From a virus, in the IMG/VR virus record IMGVR_UViG_3300023084_000010, positions 25,381-89,380 of that record: a stretch of DNA of 64,000 nt. The stretch is one strand, 5' to 3'. The notes under the pieces were generated by a model, which was not told the DNA's origin, searched no databases, and was given only the letters and a program-made list of their open reading frames with translations. Below are positions 44,655 through 55,238 of the stretch, piece after piece (the stretch's first letter is position 1; each line of letters opens with the position of its first letter). Made by a program: the position numbers and the translations under genes.

Positions 44655-47183
44655 TTATCCCTCTAATGATCCTGTTGGTGGTGTGAAGTTTGCTGTGTAT
44701 CTGGCATGTGTAGGAGATATTCTTAAATCTTCTATAAACATTTGCGCAGTTCTATTAGCTCCGTAAAAAACTCTACCAATATAAGCAGTGTTGTGGGCTG
44801 TTCCTGATGGATATGATCCTGTTCCAGTTCCATCAGCAGTTCCGTTAATGTATATAGTCCATGTTTGATTGTATAGAACAAGTGCAAGGTGTGTCCACTG
44901 CCCTGTCGAAACAGTGCCTGTACTGATTGGGCAACCAGTCACGTTACTATAACTTCCATTAATTAACGCTCTAACAGTTTGGTTCTCTTGTATTTCAAAT
45001 GATACAACATTTGATCCACCTGAAGAACCTTGTGTGCCTTGAGAATATATCGCAGTACCATATGAACCAGATGCAGGAACAGTAACCAGCCAAACCCAAG
45101 CCTCAATGGTACATTCAGTGCCAGTTCTACCCATCGTTTGCAAGACATCAGGAATAGTAAAATATACACTGTCGTCGACACCGTCAACATAAAGACTATT
45201 AGACCATTTGTAATGATTTGTAGATGCTGTAGGGTCTCCTATGTTAATAAGAGCAGTGCCTCCGGCTGCATCCCATATACTGTTTTTGTTAGTGCAAGTA
45301 AGTAGCGTAGTTCCTGATATAGCTGTTAATGGCTCATCCGGCGGTGTGAAATCTGTAGTATAAACAGCAGTTCCGTTATTAATTCTAAGATCTGACATAT
45401 AACCTTCGAAGTACCTGGAATATCCGTTGATATTGCCAATCAAAAACGGATGCACATTGCTCCCAATACTGTTACTATATGTCAGAGATATGCTTGTGGC
45501 AACACCGTCTAAATAAACTTTAATTGTAGGATTATCTCTTACTACAGCTATATGATGCCACATGTTAAGTTTAATTCTTTGAGTGCTAGTTTGTCCGTTG
45601 AGTCCAGTTGTTCCAAACATAATATTTCCAGAATTGTTAATGTGAAGCCAAGGGCCACTTCCATCTCCTCCGGTGTCATACTTACTCCAAACACTATCGT
45701 AATTTTTGAAAGATCCTGTTTTATAAATCCAACACTCAATTGTAAAATCAGTATTAGAATTAAAGTTAACACCTATACTAGTTGGAATCGACATAGTATC
45801 ACCGTTTCCATCAAAGTAAACAGATCCACCGTCTGTTGCTGAATCATACGTGAGATAATCATACGGGCCGCCTAATACAAATTGCGGATCACCAAAATAT
45901 GTAATTGTTCTGGAGCCACTGTTTGTTGATAAATCTTTTCCATAAGGAAGACCTGTAGCAAAAACAAATGTTTCTGTACCGTCAACTGTTAATTCAATAG
46001 GAACAGAAGGTGTTGTGCCACCATAAACTGCGGTTCCAGCTGTAAATTTTAAATCACGTATTTCACCAGTATAATAACCTGTATTTGCGGTACCATGGCG
46101 ACCGATATACCATCCGCTAGATTGTGTACCATTTTCAGTATTTGCTCTGGAATCTTGTAATACACCATCTGCATAATAATAATATGTTCCACTATGTCTT
46201 TCCCAAACAAGATGGTGCCATAGATTGTCTCTTAAATCTTTAGTACCTGCGGCTCCTTCTGTGCCGCTGTCAGTATGACTAGCCATAACACCTGTTGTTG
46301 TTAATATTTCAAATGCTTCCATTTGACTACCACCGTCATATTGACCCATAATAATGCCACCGACTGTAGTCTTAGCCCAGCACTCAAATGTAAAATCACC
46401 AGTACCGAAATTATCATTAAAACCTGGAGTAATATAATCATTACCGTCTAATTGTAAACTATATCCCTTAGGGTGATAAGGTGTAAATGCGGTAGATGTT
46501 ACACCTCCGGATTCATTAATAGTATGTGTCCAAGTCGAAGCATCAACTTGATTATCTGATAGTGATCCGTCAGTTTTTAACAAAAATGAAGTGTACTTAG
46601 AATCTTGTACACTTGTTATAAATTCTAAACTAAACGAGTTTACGTCATTGACAATGTTTGCACCGTCTGTTACACTAAATGTTAACGTAAAAGTACCTTC
46701 ATACGCTTCTGTTGTAGTAGGTGTAATAGTAAACACGTTGTCTGCTTGTGTTACAGTAGCAGTTACTCCACCGCCATTAGTTAACGATCCACTAGTAACT
46801 GCATAACTCCATGTTATTGGAAGACTTTCCGGATCTGTTGCTGTTAGTGTAATTACAGTAGGTGTTCCGTCAGTTGCTAACGCATAACTACCTGCGCCGC
46901 CTTGTGTAATACTAGGTGCTGTATTAATAAGTGCAATATTATACCAAGCAGTGTCGTTCCAAATATATAGTTTATCTGTTTCTTCAACTAGTGCTAAATC
47001 ACCATTTGTTGCAGTTTGCGGAAGTTCTGCCGCAGTAGCATATGTTGTAGTTCCACCACTTCCACCGCTGGATGATGACGAACCTGCTTTCCACAAGTTA
47101 TTTGTAGCATTGTAAGTGTAAGTGACACCGTTTACTACTGTTGTATCACCGTTACTTGGGTTATCTGGAAAGTTTACTGCCAT
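44655..47183 (-). CDS. Receptor-binding/fibre protein, paralog of 42120..44651
   Basis: Same N-module, Ig-like module and LamG repeats; C-terminus ARYTANFTPPT.SL.G shared. Confidence 0.8.
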   Translation of the reverse strand: MAVNFPDNPSNGDTTVVNGVTYTYNATNNLWKAGSSSSSGGSGGTTTYATAAELPQTATNGDLALVEETDKLYIWNDTAWYNIALINTAPSITQGGAGSYALATDGTPTVITLTATDPESLPITWSYAVTSGSLTNGGGVTATVTQADNVFTITPTTTEAYEGTFTLTFSVTDGANIVNDVNSFSLEFITSVQDSKYTSFLLKTDGSLSDNQVDASTWTHTINESGGVTSTAFTPYHPKGYSLQLDGNDYITPGFNDNFGTGDFTFECWAKTTVGGIIMGQYDGGSQMEAFEILTTTGVMASHTDSGTEGAAGTKDLRDNLWHHLVWERHSGTYYYYADGVLQDSRANTENGTQSSGWYIGRHGTANTGYYTGEIRDLKFTAGTAVYGGTTPSVPIELTVDGTETFVFATGLPYGKDLSTNSGSRTITYFGDPQFVLGGPYDYLTYDSATDGGSVYFDGNGDTMSIPTSIGVNFNSNTDFTIECWIYKTGSFKNYDSVWSKYDTGGDGSGPWLHINNSGNIMFGTTGLNGQTSTQRIKLNMWHHIAVVRDNPTIKVYLDGVATSISLTYSNSIGSNVHPFLIGNINGYSRYFEGYMSDLRINNGTAVYTTDFTPPDEPLTAISGTTLLTCTNKNSIWDAAGGTALINIGDPTASTNHYKWSNSLYVDGVDDSVYFTIPDVLQTMGRTGTECTIEAWVWLVTVPASGSYGTAIYSQGTQGSSGGSNVVSFEIQENQTVRALINGSYSNVTGCPISTGTVSTGQWTHLALVLYNQTWTIYINGTADGTGTGSYPSGTAHNTAYIGRVFYGANRTAQMFIEDLRISPTHARYTANFTPPTGSLEG

Positions 47184-47230
47184 CTGTTATTATCCTGTTG
47201 TACTTGTTATAATGCTACCGTCGGTTTTTG

Positions 47231-49024
47231 TCATGCTGCGTTTCCTGATGTAGCACAACCTAGTCTATTATTCTGTAACAAATCTCCCAAGTCTGTTGCA
47301 TTACTAGGAGATGTTATTGTAACATAATCAATGGTATTAAAAATACCATTAGTGTTACCATAACCGCCACTAAATGCACCCCTTGTTCCATTACTACATC
47401 CACCTAATTCCGCTCTTGCAACTGTTAAATAACCAAAATCAGTTGTGTTGCTTGGTGTGTCGATCGTTACATATTGAATAGTATTCAGGTAATCCTGAGG
47501 ATTAAGTCCGTCTCGGCCACCGCCAATGACCCCATAAGTATCATCAGATACACTAGCTGTTGCTTCCAAGATTGAACCTAAATCGCCAAAGTCAGAAGCG
47601 TTACTTGTTGTAGCAACTGTTACATAGTCAATAGTATTGACCATAGTAGAAGATGTGTTTCCTGTTCTGCCGCCCGCCGTAACTGAATATGTCGAATTTG
47701 CAAAACTGGTAACTAATGATCTTGCTACTGTCAAAATACCAAAATCTGCTGCATTACCCGTTGATGCTATTGTGACATAATCAATTACATCTGAACCATA
47801 TGTACCTGAACCAGTATTACCACCGCTCCATAAACCATATGTTCCATTAGAACTAGCTGAAGTAGAATATCTCTCAACAGTTAAATCTCCAAAGTCTGAG
47901 GAGTTACTTGTTGTAGCAACTGTTACATATTCTATTACGTTAGTTTTAGCACCATCATAACCACCTCCACTTAACGCATATGTTGAATTGCTACAAGCAC
48001 CAGATGTGTATACCGTAGTTACTAAATCCCCAAAGTCAATTGCATTACCAGTTGATGTAATATCAAAATATTGAATTACATTTATAGAAGTTACATTATC
48101 AACAAGCAGACCGCCTATATGAAGTCCACGGTCTCCATACCAAACACCTGCCCAAGACAATGCAAAATTAAAAGGTTGTGTAACGCTGTTACCACTGTTA
48201 TCATATGCTGAAACAGATAAAATAAAGTTACCACTGATAGTATCGTCAGTAGTAGGTGTAACAGTAAGTGTATTTCCGCTTAGTGCAACAGTTGCTATTG
48301 CACTATTTCCGCTGTCTATACTATAATTGTAGGTAAGAGGAATTCCCTCAGGATCAGTTGCATTTAAATTAACAACTGTTGGAGTACCATCATTACTTAA
48401 ATTAAAACTAGTTGTAACAGGACTCCAAGATGGTGCCTGGTTTTGTGTAGCTTGTATTGAATCCCATCCAGAACCATTAAAAATGAACAGTTTATTACTA
48501 TCTGTTTCGTAAACCATATCGCCAGTTGACGAATCTGTATTTGCTGGGAAATTTTCTGTACCACTAATTACACTAACACCCCCGCCGCCACTTCCAGCAG
48601 TAACTCCACTAGGCATAGAACTTACCCATTGGCTACTAGACCCATCGTCATAATATACATATGTAGTTAAATCTGTTGAATTAAACCACAGGTCTCCTGC
48701 ACTAGGAGTTGCAGGTGCTGTATCACTAGAAGTTAAACTTGCACCACTGCCGCCACCGCCACCTGATGGATTAGATAATACCCACTGCGAGTTATAGTAT
48801 ACATAAGTTTCTAGTAATGTACTGTGAAACCACAAGTCGCCTTCACTTGCACTAGTAGGTGCAGTGTCTGAAACAGTAAGTGCTGCTCCTCCTCCGCCTC
48901 CGGCACTAGATGAACCACCTCTACTACCTAACCAAACACCTCTTGCGGCATTATAAGTATAGGTCCTTCCGTTAAAGGTATATTCATCTGCATTGCTCGG
49001 GCTCGACGGAAAAGTAATTGGCAC
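47231..49024 (-). CDS. Fibre/receptor-binding protein with beta-propeller-like head
   Basis: GTG start; FPSSPSN N-module; two GDLWF repeats; Ig-like module; 6 I.YVT.....N..DFG.L repeats. Confidence 0.78.
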   Translation of the reverse strand: MPITFPSSPSNADEYTFNGRTYTYNAARGVWLGSRGGSSSAGGGGGAALTVSDTAPTSASEGDLWFHSTLLETYVYYNSQWVLSNPSGGGGGSGASLTSSDTAPATPSAGDLWFNSTDLTTYVYYDDGSSSQWVSSMPSGVTAGSGGGGVSVISGTENFPANTDSSTGDMVYETDSNKLFIFNGSGWDSIQATQNQAPSWSPVTTSFNLSNDGTPTVVNLNATDPEGIPLTYNYSIDSGNSAIATVALSGNTLTVTPTTDDTISGNFILSVSAYDNSGNSVTQPFNFALSWAGVWYGDRGLHIGGLLVDNVTSINVIQYFDITSTGNAIDFGDLVTTVYTSGACSNSTYALSGGGYDGAKTNVIEYVTVATTSNSSDFGDLTVERYSTSASSNGTYGLWSGGNTGSGTYGSDVIDYVTIASTGNAADFGILTVARSLVTSFANSTYSVTAGGRTGNTSSTMVNTIDYVTVATTSNASDFGDLGSILEATASVSDDTYGVIGGGRDGLNPQDYLNTIQYVTIDTPSNTTDFGYLTVARAELGGCSNGTRGAFSGGYGNTNGIFNTIDYVTITSPSNATDLGDLLQNNRLGCATSGNAA

Positions 49025-49037
49025 TTACTATCTCCTA

Positions 49038-52000
49038 TTACGCTTGTGATTCTGACCAAGTAATACGTCCTGATGCACTAAACGGTTGGCTTGCACCAAT
49101 ACCACCAGTGTCAACAACACTAACAGCAACAGATATAACGTCTGGACCATTCGGGAACGTACCGTTACCACCTAATATACTATTACCTAAGTCAATGATG
49201 TCTCCCAAACTAAAGTTTGAAGCGTTTGACAAACGTTTACCTGTACTATCAGTACTACCACCTGCAGCACGGAAACTAAACACTTCTGTACCGCCTGTAA
49301 TAATATCACCTGCTTCGTGTTTAATAAGTTGTGATAGTGACGGGTTAGCAACGTTTTCCCATTCGATACTTGACAAGTCACCGTTTAGGATTAGTTTAAC
49401 TTCACAGTCGTGTGTTAGAATCAAACCAACTTCATTTAGTTTCAACTGCATTCTGTTGATAATGTCTCTTTCGCCTAAGTTTCCTGACAAGTTACTGTCA
49501 ACACTTGGAGCAAGTCTGAGCGACACTAACGGGATAACATCAGTACCTAGGTTAACGTCATCGTCACCGCCACCGGATGCTGGAGCACCAAGAGATACTG
49601 CAGTACCACTTGCTACTGTTGGATAAATGGCAGGATAACTTCTAGACTTACCAATATAAATGTAAACATAGAAAGTACTACCTGAGAAACCTGTGTAATC
49701 TACTTCATCACCGTCTAGTTCTCCGCCAGTTGTATACAGTTTCAAACCGCTATAGAACTTGCCTGAATCGCTACTACTAAATGGGATTCTTCTCCAGAAA
49801 TCATACTGTCTAGATCTCCAATCATATTGATAAAACCACTCAGTGTTACCGGTTGTTGTAGCAGTATTTGATTCACCGTTTGTAAACGATAGTGATTTAG
49901 ACGGAGCAGTAAATAAGTATGCCTTATCGTCGTCGAACGTACCGTCCATAATAACCGATGTACCCCAGTGGAACAGTGTCGGTGCGTATGTTGGATTTTG
50001 TCCATTTTCAATTTCGTACTTAGCAGGCAAGTTACCTGAACGCATATACGCTTCGTCTAGTCTGTTGTTGTGAATAAACTCGTGTACATACTTAACATGT
50101 CCGTGTGCATCTTTAAATCCAAATCTAATTTTACCAGCACCATACCAACTGTAGTCCATATATGCCATTTGAATTTTATTAATGTCTAATAAAAATCCTT
50201 TTTGACCTGTACCATCGCACGGATCAATATTCCATTGAGGTTGTGGTACTCTAACGTCTTCAGTTTTAGTTAAAATTGCACCGCTTGTACTTACACCTTT
50301 AAATTGTGGTTGTACATACATTTCGTTTTTGGCTGCAATTTTAGTTACTTTATAGCTTTGTCCGCGAATAACAACATAGTCTCCTACACTCAACTGTCCA
50401 CTAAAATCACTTGAATTGTCACCGCTAACTCTGCCGCTATTATTAACTAGTGTACTTGTACCACTTAACTGTGTAGTAGATGAACGTCTAACACAGTATA
50501 ATTGTGTACCGTCGTATTCAAAAAAGAAGCCGTTTTGTTGATCAAACATACCAGCACGTACATAAGCATCTGTGTATCCATTTAGATTATATTTAATAAT
50601 GCCGCTTGGAACACTACTAGTAGGTGCTTGTGTCATACCATATGTAAATCTGAAATCATCTAAAATTCCTGATACTGTTTTTAGTCCATTATATGCAGGA
50701 TCTGATGCATCTTTAACAGTAATAGCCGACCCAACACGCAATCTGTGTGGATACTTTGTAGTTGCTGTTGCAGTGTTTGCAGGATAATCTTCAATATCAA
50801 CGATACCGTACATTACTGAGTGATTGCCGCAGAAGTAGAATAATTCTTCTGGTGCATCTGTTGGTACTGTAAATGTAATTGTCCCGCTATCTGTACGTGA
50901 TCCTGTTACACCGTCAGTATATTCTCCATAATATGTACCTGAACTATAGTTATCGCCTGAATCTGTTGAGAAGTAGAACGGATGTCCAGTTGCAGTAACA
51001 TTAAATGTATACGTTGCGCCTCTGTATAATGTTAATATTGGATTATCGCCTTGTATCTCAGTGAACTGCCAAGAAACTGATCCATCATTTGCAACGTTGT
51101 ATGTTTCATTTGGCGCAGTTTGTCCTGCAGCACCTGATAAATTATCAAATGTGATAGGGGGATTAAAGTTAATCGCAAGTGATGTTTGAATACCTTTACC
51201 TGACTGATATCTAAAATACTTACGAGTTTGTCTTGTAACTTGTGAGAAAGGACTCGTACCTGCAGCAATTTCAACACCACCGTCGAATGGTCTATGCACT
51301 GAATAGCCATCTGGTTTAGCATAAACTTTTGTTTCTAAGAAGTGTTTTGTTGCAGCGTTTGTTATATCATACTGTCTATCAACTGTCATTTTACTATCAT
51401 CTGAAATAGATGTAATAGTTCTTTCTATTAGTTGACCAGGCGTACTACTATTGTCTTTAACATAAATTTTATCGCCTACTTTAAAGTAACGTTTGAACAG
51501 TGTTTCTGTACCTTCGATAATATTTGAACCATTTTCTACTGCAACTGTACCAATTGCTTCTGCAATACCTGCGACATTTGAAGTACTAAGTTTATGTGTA
51601 CCTGTACCTGCTGCTAATTCGATAATGTTATCTCTATTAAGAGCATCTTGTTCAGTTGGAGCAAACTGAAGGAATTGTTCATCTACTACTACAGCGTAGT
51701 ATGTACTACCGTTTGTTAAGTTAGTTAAGTCTGGGTTTCCATTACTATCGTATAAAACTGCAGTACCGGTAATTAATGTATGATCGCCGCCAGCTGCAAT
51801 TTGTATTGTCCCGTCTGTGTTGGCAGTAGTAGCATCTATGTCAAGTTGTGCACCGAAGATTTTGTTTGCAACTTGGAATGTAAATGTATCTTCAGTTGAA
51901 GCAGTTGTTGTATATGTTCCGTCAATAACGCCCAATTCTGCTGCAGTTACAAATTCAAAATCACCAGTACCTTGGTTTGTTAAGTTAATTTGTACACCGT

Positions 52001-54989
52001 TTTCTTCTAGTGCAATTCTGTTATCAGTAATAGCATTTGCAGTGTATGCGTTTCCAGCAACTAAGTTTGGATAAATGTAGTTTGTATCAAAATCTGTTAA
52101 CATTTGAACCATTAAGTTATCAAAATCAGTACTACTATTAAATGCAGTATCACTTTCGCCGACCATCCAAACTAATCCAAATTCAATTATATCTTTCCAG
52201 TAATAGTTACCATTCCAATAACTATACCAATATGTATTAGCATTAGTCGAATAAGTCATACCTGTATTTGAAGTGTATACATTCCAATCTGAGTTGTTAA
52301 AGAAATGACCATTCATATAACAAAGAGATGGTCCTCCACTACGAACATGTTTAAACCAAGTTGTTGACCATCTATAGTCATTTCCGTTAATTGTATTACT
52401 GCGGTTATTACTTGTTGAATATGTTTGCATACTACCTGGCGATGGTAACCCAAATCCGTCACGTAGATAACCATACCAGTATTCACTAGTAGTTTGTCTA
52501 TTAGACTCACGTGTCCAGAAGTAATAAGGTAGTGTAGAGTTTGCAGACCAGTCTGTAGCAACCATCATATTATTTCTATCTGCTAGGTTAGTACCTTGTA
52601 AAATATTATATGGTCTTGTACTACTAAAGTTTCCAACATTTAAGTTACTCGATGGCGGGTTTAGAGAACCATAATTACTGTACCATACAGTATTAGTTGT
52701 ATAGTATAAATCATAATAGTCCATTGCTGAGTTACCACTACTTACACCACTGTTGAACACACGTGTTGAATTAGGATTACTCGCAGTAACCATATTCTGC
52801 AAGCCTGCAGTATTTGCGGCCATATATGTGTTAATACTGTCATTCAATACACTCCAACTGTTTACGTTAGTACCATCTACACCTGCTGATGAATATGGAA
52901 TAATTTGTCCAGATGTTGATGTTGGTAATGTACCGCCGTTAATTTCTGTAACAGTAACTTCAGTACCACTAATTAATCCATGATCTTCTAAATAAAATGT
53001 ATTAGCTAAACTATTACGTCTTTCTCCAGTAAATGTATATTGACCTTTTGCTTCAGATAGTCTAACACCTGACAATTTAAATCTGTCTTCTGATATTACA
53101 TCGACATTATAAGAACCATCTGCTAAAGAAGATAAATTAGTTGTATTTGTTGGACTAGTACTACCAACATGTTGTAATATACTATTTGATCCTGTATAGC
53201 CGCCGTATGTTCCGCTATTAGTAGCAATTGAAATTGTGTCACCTGTTGTTAATCCGTGATCTTCAATAAAGAACGAATCACCTTCTGCATCTTCGACCAT
53301 TGGAACCCAGAATTCATATAAATCTGATGGATAATAGTTATAAGTTCCTGTATAATAGTATTTCGAACCGTGTATTTGACCACTCGATCCACTCAGGTAA
53401 ATATAACCAGTATAATTAGCAGTACTAAATCTTGTAAAGTCTTCAAAGATGTTATAACGATTTGCAGTGTTCACACCGCCCGATGATATAAAGTTAAAGT
53501 TACTACTTGCATATGGTGAATATGTGTAGTTAGTACCAATGTAGTACATCATATAATAAAAAGAACCAGGAGCATTTCTAGCAAATGGAACCCATTTTAC
53601 AGTTTGTCCACTTTGATATCCTAATCCGTATCCTCCGTTAAATGTGGATCTGAGATCCCATCCAGATCCAGTCCCATTATATGCATTTCTTGTATAAGAT
53701 TGTGCTTGATAACTACGATAACGAACATAAACATATTTGATCTCATACGCTAAGTGTAAAGAGTGTCTACCGAAATAACTAGTACCTGCACTACTAAAGC
53801 TAATTGCAGCACCATTATAACTAGATGTCAACTGAATGTTGTTATCATCTACTTTTTTAATATAATATGCTTCAAATTGACCTAATCCGCCGATTGCTTC
53901 GTCTGATACCGGAGGCATATAGAACACAACATCGTTATCTCTTAGTTGGTGATTTGTCCATTGAATAGAATTGTTTGAAGTGTTAACTTGAGTACTATCA
54001 AACTTTGTACTCCACCATGATCTCATTTGTTTTGTTTCGGTTTGTGTATAGTCAGGACTTACACTAAATTGTAATGTTTCTTCTTCATCGACGTAAGGAC
54101 GACCGTCTGGTGCAGTATCTGTTGTTATGTATTCAAATTTAACCGATTTACCGCCAACACTGTTTAGCAAATAGAATTGGTTACCAGTGACAAACCCATG
54201 TGGATCGGATGTAGTAACTGTAATTGTACTCGGTTCAGCTAGGTCGGTTGTAATACCAGCTGCCGGATCAAACGGAATTTGAGACCCTGTATAGAACGTA
54301 CCCGGAGTAACTGTAGAATAAATGTTACCAATGTTTCCTGTTACTCGTTGTGCAGCATTTGCTCTGAATGTAAAACTTGTTGTAGTTGGAACACTAGCAA
54401 TCAAGAATTTACCTTCTGCTGTTCTACTAGATAGACCTTGCACATCGATGGGAGTACCAACTGGTAACGAATGATCTTCGCCTGTGATAACAGTGATAAT
54501 TCTTGAACCGTCAACTGCATTTATACTCAAAACATCGGCAATGGCTAAATCCCCGTCTGAGATATAAAATGAAGGAACGTTGTTAGATAGTTCAAGTGTT
54601 TCCCACTTAGTTGGCTGTAGACCATATTCAAAGTCAGTATCGATCAAGTTCTCTGGTGCACTAACACGAATTTTATGCACTGGATCTAAGAATGAATCAT
54701 CAATATTCATCTTAGCATTACCTTCGTCTACAATGATTTGTAAACGATCATCGTCTGTCATAGTGCCTAATGCATTAACATCCATGTCTAGGTTTATAGT
54801 TGTTTCTTCTAAAACACCGTCCCATGTAACTGTGCCGCCAGCTGCTGGATCAGCAAAGTTGTAGATAATGTCATTTGTTGTTACGTTTGTTATCAAAAAG
54901 ATGTCATCTAATTTCATGAACTCTTTAATAACAATTGTACCAGCGGCTACGTTAAATGTGTATCCGTAGTTTATAAGTTTCTTAGCCAT
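49038..54989 (-). CDS. Very large virion structural protein (1983 aa) with a cupredoxin-like insert
   Basis: LITNVT...IYNFADP N-terminus, LIDTDFEYGLQPTKWE, repeated H.L..G modules, HP...FYFCGNHSVM. Confidence 0.8.
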   Translation of the reverse strand: MAKKLINYGYTFNVAAGTIVIKEFMKLDDIFLITNVTTNDIIYNFADPAAGGTVTWDGVLEETTINLDMDVNALGTMTDDDRLQIIVDEGNAKMNIDDSFLDPVHKIRVSAPENLIDTDFEYGLQPTKWETLELSNNVPSFYISDGDLAIADVLSINAVDGSRIITVITGEDHSLPVGTPIDVQGLSSRTAEGKFLIASVPTTTSFTFRANAAQRVTGNIGNIYSTVTPGTFYTGSQIPFDPAAGITTDLAEPSTITVTTSDPHGFVTGNQFYLLNSVGGKSVKFEYITTDTAPDGRPYVDEEETLQFSVSPDYTQTETKQMRSWWSTKFDSTQVNTSNNSIQWTNHQLRDNDVVFYMPPVSDEAIGGLGQFEAYYIKKVDDNNIQLTSSYNGAAISFSSAGTSYFGRHSLHLAYEIKYVYVRYRSYQAQSYTRNAYNGTGSGWDLRSTFNGGYGLGYQSGQTVKWVPFARNAPGSFYYMMYYIGTNYTYSPYASSNFNFISSGGVNTANRYNIFEDFTRFSTANYTGYIYLSGSSGQIHGSKYYYTGTYNYYPSDLYEFWVPMVEDAEGDSFFIEDHGLTTGDTISIATNSGTYGGYTGSNSILQHVGSTSPTNTTNLSSLADGSYNVDVISEDRFKLSGVRLSEAKGQYTFTGERRNSLANTFYLEDHGLISGTEVTVTEINGGTLPTSTSGQIIPYSSAGVDGTNVNSWSVLNDSINTYMAANTAGLQNMVTASNPNSTRVFNSGVSSGNSAMDYYDLYYTTNTVWYSNYGSLNPPSSNLNVGNFSSTRPYNILQGTNLADRNNMMVATDWSANSTLPYYFWTRESNRQTTSEYWYGYLRDGFGLPSPGSMQTYSTSNNRSNTINGNDYRWSTTWFKHVRSGGPSLCYMNGHFFNNSDWNVYTSNTGMTYSTNANTYWYSYWNGNYYWKDIIEFGLVWMVGESDTAFNSSTDFDNLMVQMLTDFDTNYIYPNLVAGNAYTANAITDNRIALEENGVQINLTNQGTGDFEFVTAAELGVIDGTYTTTASTEDTFTFQVANKIFGAQLDIDATTANTDGTIQIAAGGDHTLITGTAVLYDSNGNPDLTNLTNGSTYYAVVVDEQFLQFAPTEQDALNRDNIIELAAGTGTHKLSTSNVAGIAEAIGTVAVENGSNIIEGTETLFKRYFKVGDKIYVKDNSSTPGQLIERTITSISDDSKMTVDRQYDITNAATKHFLETKVYAKPDGYSVHRPFDGGVEIAAGTSPFSQVTRQTRKYFRYQSGKGIQTSLAINFNPPITFDNLSGAAGQTAPNETYNVANDGSVSWQFTEIQGDNPILTLYRGATYTFNVTATGHPFYFSTDSGDNYSSGTYYGEYTDGVTGSRTDSGTITFTVPTDAPEELFYFCGNHSVMYGIVDIEDYPANTATATTKYPHRLRVGSAITVKDASDPAYNGLKTVSGILDDFRFTYGMTQAPTSSVPSGIIKYNLNGYTDAYVRAGMFDQQNGFFFEYDGTQLYCVRRSSTTQLSGTSTLVNNSGRVSGDNSSDFSGQLSVGDYVVIRGQSYKVTKIAAKNEMYVQPQFKGVSTSGAILTKTEDVRVPQPQWNIDPCDGTGQKGFLLDINKIQMAYMDYSWYGAGKIRFGFKDAHGHVKYVHEFIHNNRLDEAYMRSGNLPAKYEIENGQNPTYAPTLFHWGTSVIMDGTFDDDKAYLFTAPSKSLSFTNGESNTATTTGNTEWFYQYDWRSRQYDFWRRIPFSSSDSGKFYSGLKLYTTGGELDGDEVDYTGFSGSTFYVYIYIGKSRSYPAIYPTVASGTAVSLGAPASGGGDDDVNLGTDVIPLVSLRLAPSVDSNLSGNLGERDIINRMQLKLNEVGLILTHDCEVKLILNGDLSSIEWENVANPSLSQLIKHEAGDIITGGTEVFSFRAAGGSTDSTGKRLSNASNFSLGDIIDLGNSILGGNGTFPNGPDVISVAVSVVDTGGIGASQPFSASGRITWSESQA

Positions 54990-54995
54990 ATTAAG

Positions 54996-55181
54996 TTATC
55001 CTCCAAGCGCAATTGCATATGCTACTGCTAATTTTTTTGACGCAAGATCTGCATCTAACTCCGTTGTGTTAATATTCGTTGCTACTTCCCACGCACCAGT
55101 TGAAGTACGATATACGTATGTAATACCGTTTAAACTATACGTGTCACCGTTTGATGGGTTTGCTGGAAAATTAAATGCCAT
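54996..55181 (-). CDS. 61-aa stand-alone FPxxPxNG module protein
   Basis: MAFNFPANPSNGDTY..NGITY.Y...W plus LAVAYAIALGG; GGAG RBS; TAAATA at 55206. Confidence 0.75.
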   Translation of the reverse strand: MAFNFPANPSNGDTYSLNGITYVYRTSTGAWEVATNINTTELDADLASKKLAVAYAIALGG

Positions 55182-55238
55182 GCTTGCTCTCCGTTTTATT
55201 AAAAGTATTTATCACGGAAAGATGATAATGTAAATTAA

